A stretch of 64,000 nucleotides of DNA from Deltaproteobacteria bacterium (GCA_016930875.1 JAFGFW010000026.1:1755-65754), one strand, 5' to 3'. Shown: positions 8,198 to 17,144, counted from the first letter of the stretch. Made by a program: numbers and translations. Notes: generated by a model from the letters alone, not told the origin.

Positions 8198-8341
8198 CCT
8201 GCTAACCTCCAAATTTCATCAAAACTCAAAACCTGCAATTACCTCAAAAAGGCCCATGAAACATGCTGGTCCTTTGCTCACACAGCTTTCTCTTCATCCA
8301 CTCCGTCAGGGTCGTAGGCTATTTCAGTGGGCACCGATCCT

Positions 8342-9151
8342 TCATGTGCGAACCTTTTGATTCAAGCCATTCTCACAATAAAAAGGAATATGGCTTCTTT
8401 TAAAGTACCCTATATTCGGCCCCTCTTTCCAGCCTTTGTCCCCAATTTCCTTAGAATGCCAAAGGTGTAGGCACCTAGCTTTTCGGATCACAGAGCGGCC
8501 CCGGCTTCCTGCGGTCACCAGCCTAATTCCCAGATTTTCATCTTCTCCGCCCCACCCTATGAAGTTTTCGTCAAAACCGTTCACATTTTCGATATCCTCT
8601 CTATGAATCGAAAAATGTCCGCCAAGAGTCTGTTTTTTTTTACTTCTCAGGTAAAGTGTGGATAAAATCACATGCTTTATGAACTTGCGATGGTCCCTAA
8701 TGATATTCTCTTCAGGCAGTTTCCGATATAACGTATCTAATAAATCTGGCGAGATTTTGTTTCTGAATACCGTATTGGTTTGTATCTCCGTTAAGTACTT
8801 GCAATTACCAGCCAAAAATCTTTTAGGTCTTGCTGCCTTCAAATGGCATTTAATCGTATCATGTAAGACCACCAAGTCACAGTCCAAGAAAATCAAATAG
8901 TCTCCTCTGGCTTCCCTGATTCCATTGTTGCGGCTCGCTGCGAGCCTAAAGCCTCTTTTTTCCTGCCAGACGTGTCTTATTTCGAAATCGTATTTAGAAA
9001 TGTATTCTTCCAGACTCCGGACGACCTCTTCATTCGAACCGTCGTCTGCTATAACGACCTCGTCGAAGTCATTTGAACAAAGACTGAGAGCGTCAAGGCA
9101 ACATTTTAAATGGCTAAGTCGTTCATAAAAACTGACAATCACGCTTATCAT
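8342..9151 (-). CDS. glycosyltransferase family 2 with galactosyltransferase-like C-terminus
   Basis: 269 aa; VIVSFYER, IADDGSNEE, DxD FLDCDLV, and GFDENFIGWGGEDENLG resembling the Glyco_transf_7C region. Confidence 0.8.
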   Translation of the reverse strand: MISVIVSFYERLSHLKCCLDALSLCSNDFDEVVIADDGSNEEVVRSLEEYISKYDFEIRHVWQEKRGFRLAASRNNGIREARGDYLIFLDCDLVVLHDTIKCHLKAARPKRFLAGNCKYLTEIQTNTVFRNKISPDLLDTLYRKLPEENIIRDHRKFIKHVILSTLYLRSKKKQTLGGHFSIHREDIENVNGFDENFIGWGGEDENLGIRLVTAGSRGRSVIRKARCLHLWHSKEIGDKGWKEGPNIGYFKRSHIPFYCENGLNQKVRT

Positions 9152-9164
9152 AAAAAAAGCCTCG

Positions 9165-10136
9165 TCACATTAGTCTCAAGGTCTTTTTCAGCTTCCTCAC
9201 AGTCCGGTAGATTCTCGCCTTGCTGCTTCTCATGTAAGTAGGTATTTTCAAAGCTACCTTGCTGGCATTTTGATAACCATAAGTATGAATCAATCCGACG
9301 AGATGCGGAAACAGCTGATATTTATGTAAAACCAGCCTCCTAGCCTCTTCGAGGGCTGGGACTCGATTCAACCAAGCACCATTGTCGACAGAAGCTTTTA
9401 TCTTTTCGAGGCTAGTTAACGGTCGATCAATATCGATTTCGATGAATGATTCTTTGGGAAAATAGTCTGTCAGATTCGTACAACCATAATAGAACGGAAC
9501 TGTCCACGACAAAAAGCAGTCTGCCACTTTTTCGGTCCAATAGTCGGGGCCACGGGTATTTTCTATTGCGAGAGAAAACCTATATGGAGCTAAGCCATCC
9601 CATTTGTCTTCAATAAATTTCACAGCCCTTCCATATAGATCTATCTCAAATGAGCTCTGTCGCCGGATATATTCCAAAAATGCCCATCTTTTTTTGTGGC
9701 CCGGCAACTCCATTGCGTCTCCTACAATCCATGACAAATCTTTCGTTTTCTTCGGCATCGGACTCGACACCAATGCATCGAATGACCTATCAACGTGCCA
9801 CGGGATCCCTGGATGGGACGTGACGTATTTGCTATCAAACGACGCCGGATGGTGCGTAAACACCTTTGAATAAGGTTCATGCTTTTCCACCATCCAATCT
9901 GTCACCCCTCTCTCATAAGGCTCTTGCATCACTGCCCAAACATGTTCCTTGGGGCATTTGGCACACACCTTTTCCCCCACTACCTTATTGAGCACTACCA
10001 AATAGTCGCACTCATCAGCTGGCTCAATTGTAAACCTTATTCCTTCCCAGACTCCCGAGTTGCCTGGACTTTGGCGCAGCAAATCCGGATAATCCCAATT
10101 CTTAACGATCCTTACCAGTTTCATATGCTTCTTCAA
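9165..10136 (-). CDS. GT10-like (alpha-1,3/4-fucosyltransferase family) glycosyltransferase
   Basis: 323 aa; YRFSLAIENTRGPDYWTEKVADCFLSWTVPFYYG matches the F.L.FEN....Y.TEK...P.Y.G motif of family 10 fucosyltransferases. Confidence 0.6.
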   Translation of the reverse strand: MKKHMKLVRIVKNWDYPDLLRQSPGNSGVWEGIRFTIEPADECDYLVVLNKVVGEKVCAKCPKEHVWAVMQEPYERGVTDWMVEKHEPYSKVFTHHPASFDSKYVTSHPGIPWHVDRSFDALVSSPMPKKTKDLSWIVGDAMELPGHKKRWAFLEYIRRQSSFEIDLYGRAVKFIEDKWDGLAPYRFSLAIENTRGPDYWTEKVADCFLSWTVPFYYGCTNLTDYFPKESFIEIDIDRPLTSLEKIKASVDNGAWLNRVPALEEARRLVLHKYQLFPHLVGLIHTYGYQNASKVALKIPTYMRSSKARIYRTVRKLKKTLRLM

Positions 10137-10187
10137 ATCGCAAGCCCTACATTTTTCTTCGGTCTTATAAACAAAACTAAGTATGGT

Positions 10188-10279
10188 GGCAGGTAATCCT
10201 CATGCAAAGGCCTGGAACTGTCTGAGGGGCTTAGTGACCGTAGTGTTCCATGCCTTTCTTTGCATGAGGATTACCTGCC
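10188..10279. repeat. long intergenic hairpin (perfect 22-bp arms, 48-nt loop)
   Basis: GGCAGGTAATCCTCATGCAAAG (10188-10209) is the exact reverse complement of CTTTGCATGAGGATTACCTGCC (10258-10279); inner TGGAAC/GTTCCA pairing; lies between two same-strand transferase genes. Confidence 0.8.
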
Positions 10280-10323
10280 GGCCCTTCCAAGCACCTTATT
10301 TTGGTTTATAGATGCGTTTTTCT

Positions 10324-11199
10324 TTATTGTGGGCTCATAATCCTTGGTTTTTTTGAGGTCAAGCGGTTGACCAAATTCCGCAACTTATGCACCAAAGAAA
10401 AGTTTTTCTTTCTATGTAGATAGAATAAGGTATCGTAAGGGGAATTCTCATAAGTTTTTTGCGGAGACCCAACTCGCCTAGACGTCTGTTTCGAGGATTC
10501 GAGTCCATTGATTCTCGGGTGGGCTCCAAACTGAGATGGATCTCTGAAAATCTCGATTTCGTATTTCCTGGTTAGTATTGATAGGACAGCTTGGTCGTGT
10601 CTGTGTTCGATGAATTCTGGCAAATTCTCCAGGCCGCATGTATTGGGCTGATCTGTCAATATTCTCGGATCTTCGCAATATGACAGCCATTCTTTGACGA
10701 AGTCGATATTCGTTTGATCCTTGACATATAACTGCGGGGACCCTGCCACCTGCCCACTCGTGTAGAATTTCTCGTAGTCCGCCCCCATTAGCACGAAACA
10801 ATCTCGTTTTATCCACTTCCTATTCAGGTGGACGCCACCATCTGTGCCGTCTTGATTATGTACCTGGAAAAATACTAAGCCGTTCTTGGCCTGACAGATG
10901 TCTATGAGGGGTTGGATATCTCCAATGACTTCCGCCCCACTGTCGCTGTACATGACAATGTCGCCCTCGTCCACCTTGTGCAGCGTGTCAAGAATTATAA
11001 ACGGCTTCCACAGCCAATAACCAACCCCTCGTTCTTGATCAAGAATTAGCTTGTTCTTCCTGTAAAAGTCGCTTCTTTTGATGTCCTTCATCGTACAAGA
11101 AATGCATTCATCAATGCCATAATTTAATGCTGACTTGTGTAATCTCCTCTGGCTCTTGTAGTAATCCGGAGTCGCAAAGCTAACCAGATATTTCTTCAT
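10324..11199 (-). CDS. hypothetical protein, putative nucleotide-sugar-dependent transferase
   Basis: 291-aa ORF with good coding appearance; GYWLWKPFIILDTL...GDIVMYSDSG resembles motifs of uncharacterised glycan-locus transferases; function not established. Confidence 0.5.
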   Translation of the reverse strand: MKKYLVSFATPDYYKSQRRLHKSALNYGIDECISCTMKDIKRSDFYRKNKLILDQERGVGYWLWKPFIILDTLHKVDEGDIVMYSDSGAEVIGDIQPLIDICQAKNGLVFFQVHNQDGTDGGVHLNRKWIKRDCFVLMGADYEKFYTSGQVAGSPQLYVKDQTNIDFVKEWLSYCEDPRILTDQPNTCGLENLPEFIEHRHDQAVLSILTRKYEIEIFRDPSQFGAHPRINGLESSKQTSRRVGSPQKTYENSPYDTLFYLHRKKNFSLVHKLRNLVNRLTSKKPRIMSPQ

Positions 11200-11286
11200 A
11201 ACTGATAACGTTCTTGTCCGTTGGAGATTTCCTGCTACGTCGGCATTCCTTCCTTACAAATCCAATTGATCCGACAGCCAACTAAG

Positions 11287-12375
11287 CTATGAGTTTTTCA
11301 ACACCGCCTTGACCGTACCACGGATCTTTTTTCTGACCTCGTCAAAAGTGAGATCTTCCAGGCATAGGCTCACTTCTCTTCCGTCACACCCTTTTTTGCG
11401 ACAAGGCACACACGAATACTCTTTTGCCAAGACGAGATGTTGTCCCCCTCTAGGTGCCCAATCGTCAGATGAGGAAGGCCCGAATATACCCGCAGTAGGC
11501 GTGCCGACTGCCGCCGCGATGTGAAGGCCCGCACTGTCTCCCCCAATAAACAAAGCACATATCTTAAAAACACCTGCCAAGATACCTATAGGCGTTTTGC
11601 CGGCTAGGTTGAAGGTTCTGTCACCACAACGCCCCACCAATTCCTCGGCCCGTTTCCTTTCTTCAGAGGATCCTGTAACAATCACTGTCACCCCGTATTC
11701 CAAGGTAAGCCATTTGATAAGCCTAACGTACTTGTCTATTCCCCATTCTTTGTATCTCCATAACGAAAAGGGTTGTACCGCAAAGATGGGCGAGCCATTT
11801 GGGATGCCTTCGTTTCTCAGCAAGTCAGAGGCACCGTCCAGTTTTTCTTGAGGAATGTTGTTATGGGGTATAGTATCACTCACTTCCAATTCGAAAGCCC
11901 GAAGTATACTAGCATAGTGGCCTGTCATGTGCTGGCCGGGATAATGGCTTGGTCTCACAAGGTGGGTGAATACTCTATTGCGCCAAAGCTTCCCATCAAA
12001 AGCATAAAACCCAATTCTCTGTCGAGCGCCTGACGCGAGGGCCAGAACTGCTCCCCGAGTTCCGGTTCGCAGGTCAATGGCTATTTCAGGACGACTTCTC
12101 CGAAGTCTCCTGAAAAAGCGCTTCTGATAGACTATTTCCTCAACAAGCCTCCTTTTCTCTTTGGTTACGGCAATGACTCCTGATGCCCATTGGTAGTCCT
12201 TAATGAGCCCTGCTGCATTTTCCCTGACTGCAACAGTAATCTGTGCTTCCGTGAAATTTTCTCTTAAGGCCCGAATACACGGCAAGGATAATACAACGTC
12301 ACCGATATCTCCAAGTTGAATCAACAGGATACCGTTACTGTCTCTCGAGAGATTCTTTTTACCCTTGACCAACAT
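11287..12375 (-). CDS. glycosyltransferase family 9 (heptosyltransferase-like)
   Basis: 362 aa; ILLIQLGDIGDVVLSLPCIRALR N-terminus and C-terminal GGDSAGLHIAAAVGTPT motif typical of GT9. Confidence 0.8.
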   Translation of the reverse strand: MLVKGKKNLSRDSNGILLIQLGDIGDVVLSLPCIRALRENFTEAQITVAVRENAAGLIKDYQWASGVIAVTKEKRRLVEEIVYQKRFFRRLRRSRPEIAIDLRTGTRGAVLALASGARQRIGFYAFDGKLWRNRVFTHLVRPSHYPGQHMTGHYASILRAFELEVSDTIPHNNIPQEKLDGASDLLRNEGIPNGSPIFAVQPFSLWRYKEWGIDKYVRLIKWLTLEYGVTVIVTGSSEERKRAEELVGRCGDRTFNLAGKTPIGILAGVFKICALFIGGDSAGLHIAAAVGTPTAGIFGPSSSDDWAPRGGQHLVLAKEYSCVPCRKKGCDGREVSLCLEDLTFDEVRKKIRGTVKAVLKNS

Positions 12376-12376
12376 G

Positions 12377-13303
12377 TTACCTCACGCTGGGTTCCGGGCA
12401 TCCCTTGACATGCCAAGCAATGAGCCTTGCATACATGTCAAGTCTCTTTTTCGTTCCCGCATGTAGTCCCAAGGTGCCCACAACGCCAATGAGGTTCAAA
12501 AAGGCATTGGCCAAGAGCCGCAAAAAAATGGCCATACACAAGATCACGTAGGAACGGCGATGCCATTTCTTGAGATACATGTATCTGGAACGATAGAATA
12601 AGAATCTTGATCTCACGTCATGGCCCACTGTCTGTCCCTGGAAATGGAATATTCTGGCAGAAGGCACAAAAAAAATCTGCCATCCGGCATCCTTCATGCT
12701 TTTGGCCCAATCGGTTTCCTCAAAGAAAAAGAAATACCTTTCGTCCAGAAGACCTACGGCTTCCATAGCCGTCTTTCTAACCATCAAACATGCTCCAACA
12801 CAAGATTCTACAGGAATAGGGTCTACATAATTCTCGTACTTGCTTGGATATCTCTTGGGAAACAAAAGCCGCAAACAACTTTCATTGCAAAGCAACGACC
12901 CGAATGAAGGAAAGTTGGCAATGGAATTCTGTTTGGACCCATCGCTATTTAGCAACTGCCCGCATGCCATGGCCACTTCAGGGTGGGCCTCTATGAACAC
13001 GTACAGCTCGCGGATTGCTCCTTCCGTCAGGACAGTATCGGTATTGAGCAGGACAGCGTAACGGCCTTTCATGCGCTGAAAGGCCTGGTTGTTTGCCGCT
13101 GCAAATCCCAAGTTTTCTGTGTTTTTGATGATGTTCACCGCTGGGAGCTGACTTTGTACAGCCTCTGCACTCCCATCTTGAGATCCGTTGTCAACCACCC
13201 ATATTTCGAAATCCAATCCATCGATAGTTTCATAGACAGAAGTCAAACAAGCCAAAAGCAGCTGCCGGGTATTCCAATTGACCACAACGACAGAAATATC
13301 CAA
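12377..13303 (-). CDS. glycosyltransferase family 2 (rhamnosyl/galactofuranosyl-transferase-like)
   Basis: 308 aa; VVVVNWNTRQLL, VVDNGSQDGS, LLNTDTVL; TTG start preceded by GGAGGGGAG; start abuts the stop of the Trm112-like gene. Confidence 0.85.
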   Translation of the reverse strand: MDISVVVVNWNTRQLLLACLTSVYETIDGLDFEIWVVDNGSQDGSAEAVQSQLPAVNIIKNTENLGFAAANNQAFQRMKGRYAVLLNTDTVLTEGAIRELYVFIEAHPEVAMACGQLLNSDGSKQNSIANFPSFGSLLCNESCLRLLFPKRYPSKYENYVDPIPVESCVGACLMVRKTAMEAVGLLDERYFFFFEETDWAKSMKDAGWQIFFVPSARIFHFQGQTVGHDVRSRFLFYRSRYMYLKKWHRRSYVILCMAIFLRLLANAFLNLIGVVGTLGLHAGTKKRLDMYARLIAWHVKGCPEPSVR

Positions 13304-13480
13304 TCAACTCCCCTCCAGCGGTTTTGCCTCGTCTATCAGCATAATTGGGATGTCATCCTTGATTTCATAAAGGAGCTTACAGTTATCGCAGATAAGCCCA
13401 TCTTTTGTCTCATTAAGATAGATGCCCCCTTTGCACTTGGGACAGGCCAGAATGTCCAGCAATTCTTGGCTGATTGCCAT
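13304..13480 (-). CDS. Trm112/YcaR family zinc-ribbon protein (UPF0434)
   Basis: 58-aa ORF below the track cut-off: MAISQELLDILACPKCKGGIYLNETKDGLICDNCKLLYEIKDDIPIMLIDEAKPLEGS; GGAGG 7 nt upstream of ATG 13480; CPxC...CxxC plus DIPIML signature. Confidence 0.75.
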   Translation of the reverse strand: MAISQELLDILACPKCKGGIYLNETKDGLICDNCKLLYEIKDDIPIMLIDEAKPLEGS

Positions 13481-13504
13481 ATCTTTACCTCCTTTCTAAA
13501 AAAT

Positions 13505-13751
13505 GGTTGAGTAGTTGAATAGTCGAGTGGACACTGGTTATTCACTACTCACTATTCAGTATTCTCCATTCAATGTACTAACTTAAGCCCAGGTCAATGC
13601 TGCTTTGTCATTTCGAGTGAAGGGAGAAATCTTGTTCTGCTTGAATTTAAAAGATTTCTCGTCGCCAATGCTCCTCGAAATGACAGAACAAAATTCCTTA
13701 AGTTGATGGCATTGATTCTCCATGGACAAATGAGCACTCAACTACTCAACC
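13505..13751. repeat. composite palindromic intergenic element (14-bp perfect outer inverted repeats, heptad-periodic tracts, 78-bp palindromic core)
   Basis: GGTTGAGTAGTTGA (13505-13518) vs TCAACTACTCAACC (13738-13751, overlapping the epimerase stop); core GTCATTTCGAG...CTCGAAATGAC at 13607-13684; 7-nt periodic TATTCAC TACTCAC TATTCAG TATTCTC at 13532-13573. Confidence 0.7.
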
Positions 13752-14691
13752 ATTCAACTAACTCTTTAATCCACTCATATTCCATCAGGAGACCATCATG
13801 GATCGATATCTTGGGCCTGTATCCCAGCGTTTCTATTGCCTTGGTCATGTCCGCAGAGGTGTGTCTTACATCACCCTTTTGTACTCCCTGATAATTCACC
13901 TGCAACTCCGACCCCACTATCTCTTTGATGATGTCGATAACCTTGTTCAGGGTAATGCAAGAGCCTCCTCCGATATTAAACACTTCTCCTGGCGAGGCCT
14001 TTTCAAATGCCAGCCAATTTGCTTCTACGATGTCGTTAATATGAGTGAAATCTCTGCTCTGTTCGCCGTCGCCATATACCTCAAGAGTTTTTCCCTCCAG
14101 CGCCCATCTAAAAAAACGATGAAACGCCATGTCTGGCCTCTGCCGGGTCCCATAAACCGTGAAATAACGAAGTGAAGCCGTTGGCACTCCAAAATTCTTG
14201 TGGTAAAGCCAGCAAAGATGTTCAGCAGCCAACTTGGAAACACCATAAGGAGAAACCGGACAGGGGAGGGAAGTTTCTCTCATTGGAAGATCCGTTGTAT
14301 CTCCATAAACAGAAGATGAAGATGCGTAAACAAATTTCTTGACCGGCCTTTGCTTGCATGCCTCAAGGAGCATCTGTGTCGCAAGTATGTTGTTATCAGT
14401 GTAGATCTTAAAGCTCTCTCCCCAGCTCGCCCGCACACCGGCCTGGGCAGCTTGATGAAAGACAACGTCAACTCCGTCCAATAGTTTTAAGAGATTTACT
14501 TCCAGAAGGCTTCCTTCGATGAATTGAAATCTTTCCGCTTTTCTTATGGCGGCAATATTTGATTCTTTAATGGCTCTGGGATAGTAATCCATAAAACTAT
14601 CGATGCCCGCAACAGTCAATCCTTTTTCAATCAAGTATTCACACAAATGGGATCCGATAAACCCGGCAGCGCCGGTAACCAAGCATTTCAT
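13738..14691 (-). CDS. NAD-dependent epimerase/dehydratase (UDP-glucuronate 4-epimerase-like)
   Basis: 317 aa; GAAGFIGSHL Rossmann motif, catalytic YGVSK (YxxxK); DSFMDYYPRAIKESN pattern typical of UDP-GlcA epimerase-type SDRs. Confidence 0.8.
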   Translation of the reverse strand: MKCLVTGAAGFIGSHLCEYLIEKGLTVAGIDSFMDYYPRAIKESNIAAIRKAERFQFIEGSLLEVNLLKLLDGVDVVFHQAAQAGVRASWGESFKIYTDNNILATQMLLEACKQRPVKKFVYASSSSVYGDTTDLPMRETSLPCPVSPYGVSKLAAEHLCWLYHKNFGVPTASLRYFTVYGTRQRPDMAFHRFFRWALEGKTLEVYGDGEQSRDFTHINDIVEANWLAFEKASPGEVFNIGGGSCITLNKVIDIIKEIVGSELQVNYQGVQKGDVRHTSADMTKAIETLGYRPKISIHDGLLMEYEWIKELVEWLSS

Positions 14692-14795
14692 ATGATTCTC
14701 TCCTAACCCTTACGAAACGGAACCCAAAAGGAGAAACAAAATCTACCACGAAAGCACGAAAAACAAAACCATCTGATAAGTGGTTAAAAAGAAAC

Positions 14796-15842
14796 TCAAA
14801 CAACCCCGAGCTTTTCAACGCCATCCAATACGTCTTCTACAGAAATCTGCTCCATACAATCCTTTGTAGTGCATTCCCGTTTGAAGCAGGGACTACATTC
14901 CAGACCAACCCTTATAACCTTATGGCCAGGCCCAAAGGGGCCGGTTCTCCACGGGGCAGTTGGTCCGAAAAGAGCAACAATCGGAGTTCCCACTGCGGCA
15001 GCAAGATGCATTGGCCCGGTGTCAGTTGAAATGAGCAAATCGGATTTTTCGTACAGCGCGCCCAGGGTTTTCAACGTCGTATCTCCGGCAAGGTTCACAG
15101 CCTCACCTTTCATCATGGATATCATGTCCTGAATGATGGTGCGATCTCCCTGGCTTCCCGTAAAGGCCACCCTGGCATTATATTGTTCAATCAACCTGTC
15201 AGTCAATATGGAAAACTTGCGGGCACCCCAAAGCTTTGTCTCCCATTTGGCCACAGGATGGATCAGCACGAGTGGTCTATGGCCCCTCAGTCCGTGTCGA
15301 ACCAGAAGGTCATCAGCCATGGCGCGATCACGATCGCCAATGGGAAGATCGTATACAATCTTACGGGACTGGATCCCCAAGAATTCGAGAAGCATCATGC
15401 CCCTGGTAAGAGCGTGAATATCCATATTAACGGGCGGAACACGTTCATTGAGAAAATGATAACTGTGTTCCATATGTTCCATGCCTTTGTCATATCCGAT
15501 TTTGCGCTTTGCCCTGACCAATCCGATCAGAACGCCACTTTTGAGCAAACTCTGAAAATCTAGCACGATATCATATCTCGTATCCCGGATTTCCTTTACA
15601 AAAGAGTATGCCTCCCTGATATTGTCAAGACCCGAAGGCCCCAATAGACCTCTGACCCAGCTTTTTCGCTTTGAGATCAGAACCCGGTCAAGGGCCTGAT
15701 GGCCCTCAACAAGAGGAGATGCGGCCTCTTCCACGAGCCACGCAATGTGGGCATCGGGGAAATGCGCCCTCAGGGCATTTAAAGCAGGCAGCGTATGGAT
15801 AACGTCTCCGATGGCGCTCATCTTGACAATCAATATGTTCAT
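14796..15842 (-). CDS. waaC: ADP-heptose:LPS heptosyltransferase I
   Basis: start set at MNILIVKMSAIGDVIHTLPALNAL (ATG 15840-15842), the classic WaaC N-terminus; GT9 C-terminal TDTGPMHLAAAVGTP. Confidence 0.8.
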   Translation of the reverse strand: MNILIVKMSAIGDVIHTLPALNALRAHFPDAHIAWLVEEAASPLVEGHQALDRVLISKRKSWVRGLLGPSGLDNIREAYSFVKEIRDTRYDIVLDFQSLLKSGVLIGLVRAKRKIGYDKGMEHMEHSYHFLNERVPPVNMDIHALTRGMMLLEFLGIQSRKIVYDLPIGDRDRAMADDLLVRHGLRGHRPLVLIHPVAKWETKLWGARKFSILTDRLIEQYNARVAFTGSQGDRTIIQDMISMMKGEAVNLAGDTTLKTLGALYEKSDLLISTDTGPMHLAAAVGTPIVALFGPTAPWRTGPFGPGHKVIRVGLECSPCFKRECTTKDCMEQISVEDVLDGVEKLGVV

Positions 15843-15846
15843 GGGG

Positions 15847-16941
15847 CTAATGACCAGCGACCAATGACCGCTGACCGTTATTCTCAACAAGCAGTTCCTC
15901 AGCAACGGCATAGACCATATCAACCGTTATCGCCTTCATGCACCGATGGTCTGTGGGACACTCAGTCTTAAGACACGGGCTACACGGGACCGGCACGCGA
16001 ACAATGTGGCTCCTCCGACTGCTGGGTCCTGTTGTGATCGGGTTGGTGGAACCAAATATTGCGACCAAAGGAATGTCAAGGGCTGCTGCCACATGCATCA
16101 AGCCGGAATCGTTTGTTATGAAGAGCTGACATTTTTCAATTAGGGCCACAGCATCACGAAGGTTTGTCTTGCCACAAAGATTTACGGATTTACCCTTCAT
16201 TAGTTGACAGACCTGCTCTCCCACGGCTTGTTCGCTGGGTCCACCAAAAATCACTATCTTCGCCTCGGAGGACTCCTGTATCCTGTCACACAGGCTGGCG
16301 AAGCGGTCCGGAAACCAACGCTTGGCTGAGCCATATGTGGCCCCGGGGCTGATTCCTACCAATGTCTGTTGTTTTGAAATACTGTGTCTGGCCAGGACCT
16401 CACCCGCTAACCTGCGATCCTGCCCGCTCACCACCAAGGTGAGATCTCTCCCGTCAGGTTTTAGTCCGGCTCCCTTAAGAATGCCAAGATAATATTCTAT
16501 TTCATGGACCTGCTTAAAACCGGGATCAAGACGAATAGAGTTTGTAAGCAAAAACCGCCGGCCGTCAGTATTGTAACCGAGCCTATTCGGAATCCCGGCA
16601 AGATAGGCCAGAAGAGCGGCCTCAAAGGCGTTCTGCAAAAGAATAGCCAGGTCAAAACCACTCCTGCGCAACTCCTTTGAAAGGCGAACTTTTCCCAGCC
16701 AACCTGCGTGCCTCCCTCCATCATCGTACTGCAAGATGTTATCAACATAGGGATTATTGCAAAAAACGGGAGCTACCCAGGGCTTGGCCAGAATGGTGAT
16801 CTCGGCATCTGGGAAACTCTTACGAACTGCCCGAATCGCTGGAGTGGTGAGAATGGCATCTCCGACCCAGTTGGTGGAACGGATGAGAAGACGCTTGATC
16901 TTGCAACAATCGAGTCTGGTTCTTGACATCAAACCATCCAT
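15847..16941 (-). CDS. waaF: ADP-heptose:LPS heptosyltransferase II
   Basis: 364 aa; RLLIRSTNWVGDAILTTPAIRAV and NDSGLMHVAAALDIP GT9 motifs; last codons are encoded by a heptad repeat (15851-15878). Confidence 0.8.
   Translation of the reverse strand: MDGLMSRTRLDCCKIKRLLIRSTNWVGDAILTTPAIRAVRKSFPDAEITILAKPWVAPVFCNNPYVDNILQYDDGGRHAGWLGKVRLSKELRRSGFDLAILLQNAFEAALLAYLAGIPNRLGYNTDGRRFLLTNSIRLDPGFKQVHEIEYYLGILKGAGLKPDGRDLTLVVSGQDRRLAGEVLARHSISKQQTLVGISPGATYGSAKRWFPDRFASLCDRIQESSEAKIVIFGGPSEQAVGEQVCQLMKGKSVNLCGKTNLRDAVALIEKCQLFITNDSGLMHVAAALDIPLVAIFGSTNPITTGPSSRRSHIVRVPVPCSPCLKTECPTDHRCMKAITVDMVYAVAEELLVENNGQRSLVAGH
15851..15878. repeat. tandem heptanucleotide tract (4 units)
   Basis: TGACCAG CGACCAA TGACCGC TGACCGT; overlaps the 3' end of waaF. 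Confidence 0.7.
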
Positions 16942-17116
16942 GAAAGATCAGGAACCAAGAAAGAAAAATTACCACGTGATGTCCTCAAGGCGAATGCCGC
17001 AAAGCACGCAATAACGAAAAAAGGTGATTTGCTCCTGTTAGTGAATATAGACATTTGTCTTTCCTGGTCAGGAATCCGGCATCCTTAATCTGGCATCAGG
17101 TATCGTTCTTCAAACG

Positions 17117-17144
17117 AATGACCAGTAACTACTGACTACTGCTC
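17117..17144. repeat. heptad-periodic tract at the lpxL-like gene 3' end
   Basis: AATGACC AGTAACT ACTGACT ACTGCTC, spanning the TAG stop at 17136-17138. Confidence 0.6.

Noticed and set aside
13336-13545. A 69-aa minus-strand ORF listed in the track.
   Set aside because: A different frame in the same interval (13304-13480) has a GGAGG SD and encodes a textbook Trm112/YcaR zinc-ribbon protein. The 69-aa frame has no recognisable features.
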